In this document: one piece after another, positions 17,074-25,461 of the stretch
How positions within the stretch are numbered: position 1 is the first letter of the stretch
Layout of the letters: each line of letters begins with the position of its first letter
Virus record (IMG/VR): IMGVR_UViG_3300029886_000150
DNA length: 33,017 nucleotides
Source: a virus
Lineage: Duplodnaviria > Heunggongvirae > Uroviricota > Caudoviricetes
Strand: one strand, 5' to 3'
The notes under the pieces: model-generated
Told to the model about the DNA's origin: nothing
What the model saw: only the letters and a program-made list of their open reading frames with translations
Databases searched by the model: none
Program-made: the position numbers and the translations under genes

Positions 17074-17218
17074 CCCGGAGACGAACGGCGATTTAAGTGC
17101 CGATATCCGACAGCTTGAGAACGCGCTGGCACGCTGTGCCAGCCAGGTAAAAATGATTAAACACTGTCAGGACGAAAACGATGCTCAAACCCGACAGCCT
17201 GCGCAGGGCGCTGACTGA
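16928..17218 (+). CDS. lysC: Rz1-like outer-membrane lipoprotein spanin LysC, 96 aa, in the +1 frame overlapping lysB and R
   Basis: ATG 16928; signal peptide with lipobox (LMLCAGC); the embedded arrangement is classical for Rz/Rz1-type spanins. Confidence 0.75.
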   Translation: MKTKIFAAGTALACLMLCAGCTSARPAPTPVIVANACPKVSLCPMPGSDPETNGDLSADIRQLENALARCASQVKMIKHCQDENDAQTRQPAQGAD

Positions 17219-17648
17219 TGCCGTCACGGTGCTGAAAACCAGTCCCGAGATGCTGCGGATATTCGTGGATAACGGGAGTATTGCCTCCACACTGGCGGCG
17301 TCGTTGTCATTTGAAAAGCGTTACACGCTCAATGTGATTGTGACCGACTTTACCGGTGATTTTGACCTGCTCATCGTGCCGGTGCTGGCGTGGCTGCGGG
17401 AAAATCAGCCCGACATCATGACCACCGACGAAGGCCAGAAAAAGGGCTTCACGTTTTATGCAGACATCAACAATGACAGCAGCTTTGATATCAGCATCAG
17501 CCTGATGCTGACCGAGCGCACGCTGGTCAGTGAGGTGGACGGCGCACTGCATGTGAAGAATATCCCGGAACCCCCGCCGCCGGAGCCGGTCACCCGCCCG
17601 ATGGAGCTGTATATCAATGGCGAACTGGTGAGCAAGTGGGATGAATGA
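17181..17648 (+). CDS. R: Tail completion protein R (P2 gpR-like), 155 aa
   Basis: ORF 17181..17648; 155 aa as in P2 gpR. Confidence 0.85.
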   Translation: MLKPDSLRRALTDAVTVLKTSPEMLRIFVDNGSIASTLAASLSFEKRYTLNVIVTDFTGDFDLLIVPVLAWLRENQPDIMTTDEGQKKGFTFYADINNDSSFDISISLMLTERTLVSEVDGALHVKNIPEPPPPEPVTRPMELYINGELVSKWDE

Positions 17649-18093
17649 GTTTAAGCGTTTTGAAGACCGGCTGACCGGACTGATTGAGTCGCTGTCACCG
17701 TCAGGGCGTCGGCGGCTGAGTGCAGAGCTGGCGAAGCGTCTGCGGCAGAGTCAGCAGCGTCGGGTGATGGCACAGAAAGCCCCGGACGGCACACCCTACG
17801 CGCCACGCCAGCAGCAGAGCGCCAGAAAAAAGACCGGTCGTGTTAAGCGAAAAATGTTTGCGAAACTTATCACCAGTCGTTTTTTGCATATCCGCGCCAG
17901 CCCGGAACAGGCATCAATGGAATTTTACGGCGGGAAGTCGCCGAAAATCGCCAGTGTGCATCAGTTCGGTCTGTCGGAAGAAACCCGGAAAGACGGTAAG
18001 AAAATTGATTATCCGGCGCGTCCTCTGCTCGGCTTTACCGGTGAGGATGTGCAGATGATTGAGGAGATTATCCTGGCTCACCTTGAGCGTTAG
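17641..18093 (+). CDS. S: Tail completion protein S (P2 gpS-like), 150 aa
   Basis: ORF 17641..18093; 150 aa as in P2 gpS; ends with TAG. Confidence 0.85.
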   Translation: MNEFKRFEDRLTGLIESLSPSGRRRLSAELAKRLRQSQQRRVMAQKAPDGTPYAPRQQQSARKKTGRVKRKMFAKLITSRFLHIRASPEQASMEFYGGKSPKIASVHQFGLSEETRKDGKKIDYPARPLLGFTGEDVQMIEEIILAHLER

Positions 18094-18113
18094 TTTTATC
18101 CAGGCAGAGGCTG

Positions 18114-18158
18114 ATGCTCAATTAAACATTGAGCGGCCATGCTGGTCGCTCAATGTTT
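18114..18158. terminator. Convergent-gene hairpin region with two mutually exclusive stem-loops (three copies of GCTCAAT / ATTGAGC)
   Basis: GCTCAAT (18116-18122), AAACATTGAGCG (18124-18135) and CGCTCAATGTTT (18147-18158): a perfect 12-bp inverted repeat plus an alternative 7-bp hairpin, between the 3' ends of S (plus) and the minus-strand moron. Confidence 0.5.
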
Positions 18159-18164
18159 AGAGGT

Positions 18165-18950
18165 TTATGAGTGATTTTTATTTGATGCTTTGTATTCTAA
18201 AACCTTCTTATTGGCGTAAAAGAATTTTGTATATGACAGGAATATAACCAGACCTGAAGTGAAATAGACGAGGGATAGTATTAATAATGCTTTTTTGTGA
18301 CTGTTATTATCTTTAATCTCCTGGCTTAACCATTCGGAGTCCTCCTCGTTTAGCTGTAAGAGCTTATTGCAGGCGATTTCAGGAAGTGTGTCTTTTATAA
18401 ATACGTTTTGCAGTCTCTTGCAATCGGCAAGGCTATAAGTTTTATTAAATTCAACTGCTTTATTTTTGAAGGATAAAAGAACTTTGTCACTATAAACATA
18501 GTACATCATATTTTTATATGGTATGCCTATGGCATCTCTTACTATAGCGGATTGTTTGTTGTGTATATAACATGCGAAGAGAATATAAATAATACTGGCC
18601 AGAATTACAATTGTTGTTTTAATTATGTGTGGTGGTTTTGTTATGTCACCCCAGAAGCGAGTAAGGAAAAAATACGATGTTTTTAGTTTTCCATCAATCA
18701 GCCCCTGCTGTATCATTCTCACATCTTCGATGCCTGATACATTGATTCCGTTAATTATTTTAAATAGTTGAATGTCGCGCCATTTTTTGTCGAGCATTTT
18801 TAACTTTCTGTCTGAATACTCAAGATTGAAATGATGTGCAATAAACCTCATAAGATTACTTTTACCAAAGGTAACAAATGTTAATGCTATTAATAAAAAT
18901 AGATACAAAGAGATAAACCACCACGCATTAGTCACATTATCACTGAACAT
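18165..18950 (-). CDS. AT-rich moron: predicted 3-TM membrane protein, 261 aa, function unknown (position of P2 orf30)
   Basis: ORF 18165..18950 minus; ATG with GGAG ribosome-binding site; hydrophobic segments WWFISLYLFLLIALTFVTF, TTIVILASIIYILFACYI and ALLILSLVYFTSGLVIFLSY; opposite strand to the flanking late genes. Confidence 0.7.
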   Translation of the reverse strand: MFSDNVTNAWWFISLYLFLLIALTFVTFGKSNLMRFIAHHFNLEYSDRKLKMLDKKWRDIQLFKIINGINVSGIEDVRMIQQGLIDGKLKTSYFFLTRFWGDITKPPHIIKTTIVILASIIYILFACYIHNKQSAIVRDAIGIPYKNMMYYVYSDKVLLSFKNKAVEFNKTYSLADCKRLQNVFIKDTLPEIACNKLLQLNEEDSEWLSQEIKDNNSHKKALLILSLVYFTSGLVIFLSYTKFFYANKKVLEYKASNKNHS

Positions 18951-19033
18951 TACGCTCTCCTCGAATGTTGTATGGTCGTTCTACAAATGAATCCAGATAG
19001 CATAACTTTTATATATTGTGCAATCTCACACGC
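18951..19033. promoter_or_regulatory. Divergent promoter region: moron promoter (minus) and expected late promoter P_V (plus)
   Basis: 83-bp gap between divergent start codons; contains an imperfect dyad TGT-N11-ACA (18969-18985) resembling, but not exactly matching, the activator-site pattern I recall for P2 late promoters. Confidence 0.4.
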
Positions 19034-19669
19034 ATGAACACTCTCGCAAATATTCAGGAACTCGCGCGCGCACTGCGCAACATGATTCGCACCGGCATTA
19101 TCGTCGAAACCGACCTTAACGCCGGTCGCTGCCGCGTGCAGACCGGCGGCATGTGCACCGACTGGCTTCAGTGGCTGACCCATCGCGCAGGACGTTCGCG
19201 CACATGGTGGGCACCTTCCGTGGGGGAACAGGTGCTGATTCTGGCCGTGGGTGGTGAACTCGACACGGCGTTCGTTCTGCCGGGGATTTATTCCGGCGAT
19301 AACCCCTCGCCGTCTGTGTCGGCGGATGCCCTGCATATCCGTTTCCCTGACGGGGCGGTGATTGAATATGAACCCGAAACCAGTGCACTCACGGTAAGCG
19401 GAATTAAAACGGCCAGCGTGACGGCTTCTGATTCTGTTACTGCCACGGTGCCGGTGGTCATGGTGAAAGCATCAACCCGCGTCACCCTGGACACCCCGGA
19501 GGTGGTCTGCACCAACAGGCTGATTACCGGCACGCTGGAAGTGCAGAAGGGCGGGACGATGCGCGGCAACATTGAACACACCGGCGGTGAACTCTCATCA
19601 AACGGTAAGGTACTGCATACCCATAAACACCCCGGCGACAGCGGCGGCACAACCGGGAGTCCTCTATGA
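19034..19669 (+). CDS. V: Baseplate spike / assembly protein V (P2 gpV-like), 211 aa
   Basis: ORF track 19016 starts at TTG; ATG 19034 (MNTLANIQELARAL...) gives 211 aa as in P2 gpV. Confidence 0.9.
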   Translation: MNTLANIQELARALRNMIRTGIIVETDLNAGRCRVQTGGMCTDWLQWLTHRAGRSRTWWAPSVGEQVLILAVGGELDTAFVLPGIYSGDNPSPSVSADALHIRFPDGAVIEYEPETSALTVSGIKTASVTASDSVTATVPVVMVKASTRVTLDTPEVVCTNRLITGTLEVQKGGTMRGNIEHTGGELSSNGKVLHTHKHPGDSGGTTGSPL

Positions 19670-20013
19670 CAGCGCGTTATCTCGGAATGAATCGCAGTGA
19701 TGGCCTGACGGTCACTGACCTCGAGCATATCAGCCAGAGTATCGGCGATATCCTGCGCACACCAGTCGGCTCACGGGTGATGCGTCGTGATTACGGCTCG
19801 TTGCTGGCGTCAATGATTGACCAGCCGCAGACCCCGGCGCTTGAGTTGCAGATTAAGGTCGCCTGTTACATGGCGGTGCTGAAATGGGAACCCCGCGTCA
19901 CCCTGTCATCCGTCACCACTGAGCGCAGTTTTGACGGGCGAATGACGGTCACGTTAACCGGCCAGCACAACGACACCGGCCAGCCACTTTCGTTAACCAT
20001 CCCTGTGAGTTGA
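19666..20013 (+). CDS. W: Baseplate wedge protein W (gp25-like), 115 aa
   Basis: ORF 19666..20013; 115 aa as in P2 gpW. Confidence 0.85.
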   Translation: MTARYLGMNRSDGLTVTDLEHISQSIGDILRTPVGSRVMRRDYGSLLASMIDQPQTPALELQIKVACYMAVLKWEPRVTLSSVTTERSFDGRMTVTLTGQHNDTGQPLSLTIPVS

Positions 20014-20017
20014 AACC

Positions 20018-20926
20018 ATGCCGATTATCGACCTGAACCAGCTACCCGCACCGGATGTGGTCGAGGAGCTGGACTTTGAAACCATTCTTGCCGAACGCAA
20101 GGCGACACTGATTTCCCTTTACCCGGAAGACCAGCAGGAGGCGGTCGCCCGTACCCTGACGCTGGAATCCGAGCCTCTCGTCAAACTGCTGGAGGAAAAT
20201 GCGTATCGCGAGCTTATCTGGCGTCAGCGTGTGAATGAGGCTGCACGGGCGGTGATGCTGGCCTGGGCAGCCGGTAATGACCTTGATGTGATTGGTGCCA
20301 ATTACAACACCACGCGCCTGACTATCACCCCGGCAGATGATTCGACTATCCCGCCGACACCGGCAGTGATGGAGTCTGACACCGATTATCGTCTGCGTAT
20401 TCAGCAGGCGTTTGAAGGCTTAAGCGTCGCCGGGTCGGTGGGAGCCTATCAGTATCATGGTCGCAGTGCCGACGGGCGTGTCGCGGATATCTCTGTCACC
20501 AGTCCGTCTCCGGCCTGTGTCACCATCTCTGTGCTGTCACGTGAAAATAACGGTGTGGCATCTGAAGACCTGCTGGCTGTGGTGCGCAACGCCCTGAATG
20601 GCGAGGACGTCAGACCGGTGGCCGACCGTGTGACCGTGCAGTCTGCCGCCATCGTTGAATACCAGATAAATGCCACGCTTTACCTTTACCCTGGCCCCGA
20701 AAGCGAACCCATTCGCGCTGCCGCCGTGAAAAAACTGGAAGCGTACATCACGGCACAGCACCGGCTGGGGCGCGACATCCGTCTGTCTGCCATTTATGCC
20801 GCCTTGCATGTGGAAGGCGTGCAGCGTGTCGAACTGGCTGCACCACTGGCCGACATCGTGCTCAACAGTACGCAGGCGTCTTTCTGCACCGAATACCGCG
20901 TCGTGACCGGAGGCTCGGATGAGTGA
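20018..20926 (+). CDS. J: Baseplate protein J (P2 gpJ-like), 302 aa
   Basis: ORF 20018..20926; 302 aa as in P2 gpJ. Confidence 0.9.
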   Translation: MPIIDLNQLPAPDVVEELDFETILAERKATLISLYPEDQQEAVARTLTLESEPLVKLLEENAYRELIWRQRVNEAARAVMLAWAAGNDLDVIGANYNTTRLTITPADDSTIPPTPAVMESDTDYRLRIQQAFEGLSVAGSVGAYQYHGRSADGRVADISVTSPSPACVTISVLSRENNGVASEDLLAVVRNALNGEDVRPVADRVTVQSAAIVEYQINATLYLYPGPESEPIRAAAVKKLEAYITAQHRLGRDIRLSAIYAALHVEGVQRVELAAPLADIVLNSTQASFCTEYRVVTGGSDE

Positions 20927-21449
20927 TTCGCGCCTGCTGCCGACCGGCTCATCACCGCTTGAAGTCGCTGCCGCGAAAGCCTGTGCGGAAATTGAAAAAA
21001 CGCCGGTCAGTATTCGTGAGCTGTGGAACCCGGACACCTGCCCGGCAAATCTGCTGCCGTGGCTGGCGTGGGCGTTTTCGGTCGACAGGTGGGATGAAAA
21101 GTGGCCGGAAGCGACAAAACGCGCCGTTATCCGCGATGCCTATTTCATCCACTGTCATAAGGGCACGATAGGTGCAATCCGACGTGTGGTGGAGCCGCTC
21201 GGCTATCTCATCAACGTGACGGAGTGGTGGGAAAACAGTGACCCGCCCGGCACCTTCCGGCTCGATATTGGTGTACTGGAAAGCGGTATCACAGAGGCAA
21301 TGTATCAGGAAATGGAACGGCTGATTGCTGATGCCAAACCTGCAAGCCGTCACCTTATTGGTCTGAACATTACCCGGGACATTCCCGGCTATCTGTTCGC
21401 CGGTGGTGTGGCTTACGACGGCGATGTAATTACGGTTTACCCCGGATAA
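20919..21449 (+). CDS. I: Baseplate protein I (P2 gpI-like), 176 aa
   Basis: ORF 20919..21449; 176 aa as in P2 gpI; overlaps the J stop. Confidence 0.85.
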   Translation: MSDSRLLPTGSSPLEVAAAKACAEIEKTPVSIRELWNPDTCPANLLPWLAWAFSVDRWDEKWPEATKRAVIRDAYFIHCHKGTIGAIRRVVEPLGYLINVTEWWENSDPPGTFRLDIGVLESGITEAMYQEMERLIADAKPASRHLIGLNITRDIPGYLFAGGVAYDGDVITVYPG

Positions 21450-21459
21450 GTGAGGAATA

Positions 21460-23706
21460 ATGAGCACAAAATTCAAAACCGTTATCACTACTGCCGGTGC
21501 AGCAAAGCTGGCAGCGGCAACCGCGCCGGGAGGGCGGAAGGTCAACATTACCACGATGGCCGTCGGGGATGGCGGTGGTAAATTGCCTGTCCCGGATGCC
21601 GGACAGACCGGGCTTATCCACGAAGTCTGGCGACATGCGCTGAACAAAATCAGTCAGGACAAACGAAACAGTAATTATATTATCGCAGAGCTGGTTATTC
21701 CGCCGGAGGTGGGCGGTTTCTGGATGCGTGAGCTTGGCCTGTACGATGATGCGGGAACATTAATTGCCGTGGCGAACATGGCCGAAAGTTATAAACCCGC
21801 TCTTGCCGAAGGCTCAGGGCGTTCGCAGACCTGCCGCATGGTCATCATCGTCAGCAGTGTGGCCTCAGTGGCGCTGACCATTGACACCACAACGGTGATG
21901 GCGACGCAGGATTACGTTGATGACAAAATTGCAGAACACGAACAGTCACGACGCCACCCGGACGCCTCACTGACTGCAAAAGGTTTTACTCAGTTAAGCA
22001 GCGCGACCAATAGTGAATCTGAAACGCTGGCTGCAACGCCGAAAGCGGTTAAGGCAGCGTATGACCTTGCTAACGGAAAATATACCGCTCAGGACGCCAG
22101 CACGGGGCGAAAAGGTCTTGTTCAGCTAAGTAGTGCCATCAACAGCGAATCTGAGACGCTCGCAGCAACGCCGAAGGCAGTTAAGACAGCATATGACCTT
22201 GCTAATGGCAAATACACCGCGCAGGACGCCACCACCGCGCGAAAAGGCCTTGTTCAGCTCAGTAGTGCCACCAACAGCGATTCTGAAACGCTGGCCGCAA
22301 CGCCAAAGGCGGTTAAGACAGCGTATGACCTTGCTAACGGGAAATACACTGCACAGGATGCCACCACAGCGCGAAAAGGTCTTGTCCAGCTAAGTAGCGC
22401 CACCAACAGTGATTCTGAAACGCTGGCCGCAACACCAAAAGCGGTGAAGTCTGCCAATGACAATGCTGAAAAACGTCTTCAGAAAGATCAGAACGGTGCG
22501 GATATTCCTGATAAAGAACGCTTCCTGAGTAACATTAATGTTTACAGCAAAGGTGAAGTGGATAAGAAAAAGGGAATGCGAAAGTATTCGTTTGCAGCCC
22601 CTGCAAATGTCGTTGCCGGGAAGTGGTATCCCGTTATCTTTCGCCGTGCTGCCAGCCTTTCAGGAGAAATGGCATCCCGCGTCGTTATTTCCACTGGTTG
22701 TTATAACGGCGATTATGTAATGAATAACTGCGAGTTTAATGGCATGGTTATGCCCGGAGGATGGACTGATCGTGGTTCATATGCGGCAGGTTATTTCTGG
22801 ACGTATCAGACCAATGAGCGTTCAATCCATTCCATTGTTACAAGCCTGAAAGATGATGATGTATGTAGTGTTTTTTATGTTGAAGCCAGAGCTTTCCCTG
22901 TGCAAATTCTTGCAGAGGAAGGGCTAACGGTTATTGTTCCGACAGAGGATTATGTCGTCGGTCAAACGACATATAAGTGGGGGGCAACTAATCCCGCTAC
23001 AGAAAGCACGAACGCACAGGCTATTCTGGATTTTAAAAATGGGCGCGGTTATTACTGCTCACATCCATTTATTTCCAACCTTTCAGGAAATGCTGCAACA
23101 GCCTCAAAACTCGAAACACCGAGGAAAATAGCAGGTGTTGCCTTTGATGGTTCTGGAGATATTACCCTTAATGCCAGAAATGTCGGTGCATTTGCACTTC
23201 GGCAGACAGGTAATACGGTTAATGGTGATACAGCCGTTGGATGGAATTGGGACAGTGGCGCATACAACGCTCTGATTGGGGGAGCATCTGCATTAATTCT
23301 TCACTTTAATATAAATGCTGGTAGCTGCCCGGCTGTACAGTTTCGTGTGAATTATAAAAATGGCGGTATATCTTACAGGTCAGCCCGTGATGGTTATGGT
23401 TTTGAATCTGGCTGGTCTGATTTCTATACCACAACACGAAAACCCTCAGCGGGAGATGTTGGTGCATACACCAAAGCTGAGTCAGATTCACGTTATGTGA
23501 GAGACATGCGGCTGGGCGGTGCATCTACATATAAACCAGCAAATAATGGTACTACATGGACGCATCAGGCTCCGTCAGGTTGCGTATATACCGGCATTAT
23601 TGTTCAGGATACCGGCTCAAACTCTGCCGATAACATTGGTGGCGTATATTACAGACCGGTGCAGAAATACATTAACGGGACATGGTATAACGTGGCGCAG
23701 GTATAA
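21460..23706 (+). CDS. H: Tail fibre protein H, 748 aa, with internal tandem repeats and a variable C-terminal region
   Basis: Position between I and G; N-terminal region as in P2 gpH; longer than the 669 aa I recall for P2 H, with the extra length explained by the repeat block. Confidence 0.85.
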   Translation: MSTKFKTVITTAGAAKLAAATAPGGRKVNITTMAVGDGGGKLPVPDAGQTGLIHEVWRHALNKISQDKRNSNYIIAELVIPPEVGGFWMRELGLYDDAGTLIAVANMAESYKPALAEGSGRSQTCRMVIIVSSVASVALTIDTTTVMATQDYVDDKIAEHEQSRRHPDASLTAKGFTQLSSATNSESETLAATPKAVKAAYDLANGKYTAQDASTGRKGLVQLSSAINSESETLAATPKAVKTAYDLANGKYTAQDATTARKGLVQLSSATNSDSETLAATPKAVKTAYDLANGKYTAQDATTARKGLVQLSSATNSDSETLAATPKAVKSANDNAEKRLQKDQNGADIPDKERFLSNINVYSKGEVDKKKGMRKYSFAAPANVVAGKWYPVIFRRAASLSGEMASRVVISTGCYNGDYVMNNCEFNGMVMPGGWTDRGSYAAGYFWTYQTNERSIHSIVTSLKDDDVCSVFYVEARAFPVQILAEEGLTVIVPTEDYVVGQTTYKWGATNPATESTNAQAILDFKNGRGYYCSHPFISNLSGNAATASKLETPRKIAGVAFDGSGDITLNARNVGAFALRQTGNTVNGDTAVGWNWDSGAYNALIGGASALILHFNINAGSCPAVQFRVNYKNGGISYRSARDGYGFESGWSDFYTTTRKPSAGDVGAYTKAESDSRYVRDMRLGGASTYKPANNGTTWTHQAPSGCVYTGIIVQDTGSNSADNIGGVYYRPVQKYINGTWYNVAQV
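21991..22455 (+). repeat. About 3.5 tandem copies of a 132-bp (44-aa) in-frame repeat inside H
   Basis: Units begin at 21991, 22123, 22255 and 22387 (QLSSATNSESETLAATPKAVK.AYDLANGKYTAQDA...RKGLV); nucleotide identity between units is high. Confidence 0.85.
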
Positions 23707-23709
23707 TTT

Positions 23710-24237
23710 ATGCAGCATTTAAAAAATATTACGGCGGGTAATCCAAAAACGGTTGAACAATATCAATTGACAAAGGACTTTGATGTTGTCTGGTTTTTTT
23801 CAGAAGATGGTAAGAACTGGTACGAACAACAAAAGTATTTTGCTGATGACACGATGAAAATAGCGTACGACAAAGATAATATCATCCGCTATGTGGAAAA
23901 GGATGTGACAGCTATCAGACCGGATGGATTAAGTGTTGTTGAAGTGGCGGATATTACTGCTAACCGACGGGCGGACATTTCAGGGAACTGGATGTTTAAG
24001 GACGGCAAAGTGATTAAACGCATTTATACGGCAGAGGAATTGCAGCAGCAGGCAGAAATTCGGAAAGCCAGACTTCTTGCAGATGCTGAATCCGTGATTT
24101 TGCCGCTGGAGCGCGCGGTCAGACTGAACATGGCAACAGAGGAGGAGCGCACACGGCTGGAGTCTTGGGAACGCTACAGCGTTCTGGTCAGTCGTGTGGA
24201 TCCTGCAAATCCTGAATGGCCGGAAATGCCGCAATAA
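23710..24237 (+). CDS. G: Tail fibre assembly chaperone G, 175 aa
   Basis: ORF 23710..24237 directly after H; 175 aa as in P2 gpG. Confidence 0.85.
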   Translation: MQHLKNITAGNPKTVEQYQLTKDFDVVWFFSEDGKNWYEQQKYFADDTMKIAYDKDNIIRYVEKDVTAIRPDGLSVVEVADITANRRADISGNWMFKDGKVIKRIYTAEELQQQAEIRKARLLADAESVILPLERAVRLNMATEEERTRLESWERYSVLVSRVDPANPEWPEMPQ

Positions 24238-24428
24238 GTTGTATGAGCTCTGGTGGGAGCTTACATATCTATGGCACAGAGTAAAGCCTAATCTGACAGT
24301 CCGCTCTGTGCCATTACCGGACATACTGAGCAGAAGGCTAAAAAGGACGCTTTCAGGACATATAGCAAGGGAGCAAGGATGAAAGAATTAACCCAGTATA
24401 TTTAATGTTTCAATCATGATAGTTTCTG

Positions 24429-24461
24429 AATTAAAGGGGGGGGTACCCACCCCCTTTAATT
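24429..24461. terminator. Strong palindromic hairpin AATTAAAGGGGG (loop) CCCCCTTTAATT; candidate bidirectional terminator
   Basis: 12-bp perfect stem (24429-24440 / 24450-24461) with a 9-nt loop, overlapping the stop codon of the minus-strand 92-aa gene and about 190 bp downstream of G. Confidence 0.55.
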
Positions 24462-24738
24462 ACTTGTTCCACTCAGTCAGAATTTGGTTACTAACTTCAT
24501 CTGAGAGATTGTACCAATAAGCTGAGTTATTGGTTGCATCTACAACAATAAGCTTATCATCACTATCCATGACCGCCCTCACAATTTTGGCTGCATCCTC
24601 GACAGAGTAACTACAGTTAACATACCAGTTCGATTCAGTTGTTAAAGCCCAATTTCCTAAAGATTTAATTGCATCATACACAGCCGCATAATCTTTCGTT
24701 TTAATGAGGTCGTAAGTAATAAATAAATTATTAGCCAT
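24460..24738 (-). CDS. Hypothetical cargo protein, 92 aa, function unknown
   Basis: ORF 24460..24738 minus; ATG with GGGAG ribosome-binding site (6-nt spacer); AT-rich; alternating hydrophobic and charged segments suggest a small alpha/beta domain. Confidence 0.6.
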   Translation of the reverse strand: MANNLFITYDLIKTKDYAAVYDAIKSLGNWALTTESNWYVNCSYSVEDAAKIVRAVMDSDDKLIVVDATNNSAYWYNLSDEVSNQILTEWNK

Positions 24739-24761
24739 AAATCATCTCCCAAAGGACAAAG

Positions 24762-24784
24762 AAAAAAGCGCCTAGAAAGGCGCT
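24762..24784 (-). terminator. Rho-independent terminator between the DUF3606-like gene and the 92-aa gene (minus strand)
   Basis: Stem AGCGCCT / AGGCGCT (24767-24773, 24778-24784) with a 4-nt loop, followed on the minus strand by a 6-U tract (plus-strand A-run 24762-24767). Confidence 0.6.
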
Positions 24785-24790
24785 CATATA

Positions 24791-24970
24791 TTAATGGTCT
24801 TTAAGCCATGCCTGTACTTTCTTAGCCGAATGACCTACAGCCTGTACGGCTTGAACAAGTTTGGCCTCGCTAACTCCAAACTTTTCAGCCCAATCACGTC
24901 TCTCGTAATCCTGTTTGATACTTATTAAATCATTGTCAGGGGTACCGATTTTGGTCTTATCATCAGCCAT
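24791..24970 (-). CDS. DUF3606-like small protein, 59 aa
   Basis: ORF track 24791..25009 trimmed to ATG 24968-24970 (MADDKTKIGTPDNDLISIKQDYERRDWAEKFGVSEAKLVQAVQAVGHSAKKVQAWLKDH); the pattern matches the DUF3606 family as I recall it; GAGGA ribosome-binding site. Confidence 0.6.
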   Translation of the reverse strand: MADDKTKIGTPDNDLISIKQDYERRDWAEKFGVSEAKLVQAVQAVGHSAKKVQAWLKDH

Positions 24971-25461
24971 TTTACTGATTCCTCGTGATACAGGCTTATA
25001 CCTGCCCATTAGTTATATGGCTCCCGTGCTGCTTCGTAAACGTTCAATAATCAAACAATTGACACTGATCATAAAACCAGTTAGAGGATTTGACTCTAGC
25101 TTGGATATATGATGATGCCACCCCCTTTATATTGTTGTCGGTAACTCACAGACATTGAACTCATGCTGGTGAGTGAAAGGCTACATAAACGCCCAACATT
25201 TAAACTGCCCTCAGCAGTGTTCGCGGAGCAATATACAGGCTTCGTATTCAATCCTTGCCCTACGAGAAACCCTAGCCGTTGCCTCGTTTTCAAGTGTCAG
25301 GAAGTTCTTTGTCAGACCTCATACAGTCTTGGGCTGGGTGAGGTGCATGGGGGAAGTTGAAGCCTTAACTGTTGAGGTAAATCGAACTATAAGTGTGCAA
25401 TTTTTCAAGCTCGGCGCTATTTTAGTATTGAAAACAATTAGTACGCCCCCAAGGACAACTC

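Noticed and set aside
20952-21647. 231-aa minus-strand ORF spanning the I/H junction
   Set aside because: Antisense to two conserved baseplate and fibre genes; low-complexity off-frame composition; no independent support.
21991-22455. Possible CRISPR array suggested by regularly spaced repeats
   Set aside because: The repeats are 132 bp, directly tandem with no spacers, in frame and inside the tail-fibre gene H; they are coding repeats, not CRISPR repeats. No other spaced short repeats were seen in the window.
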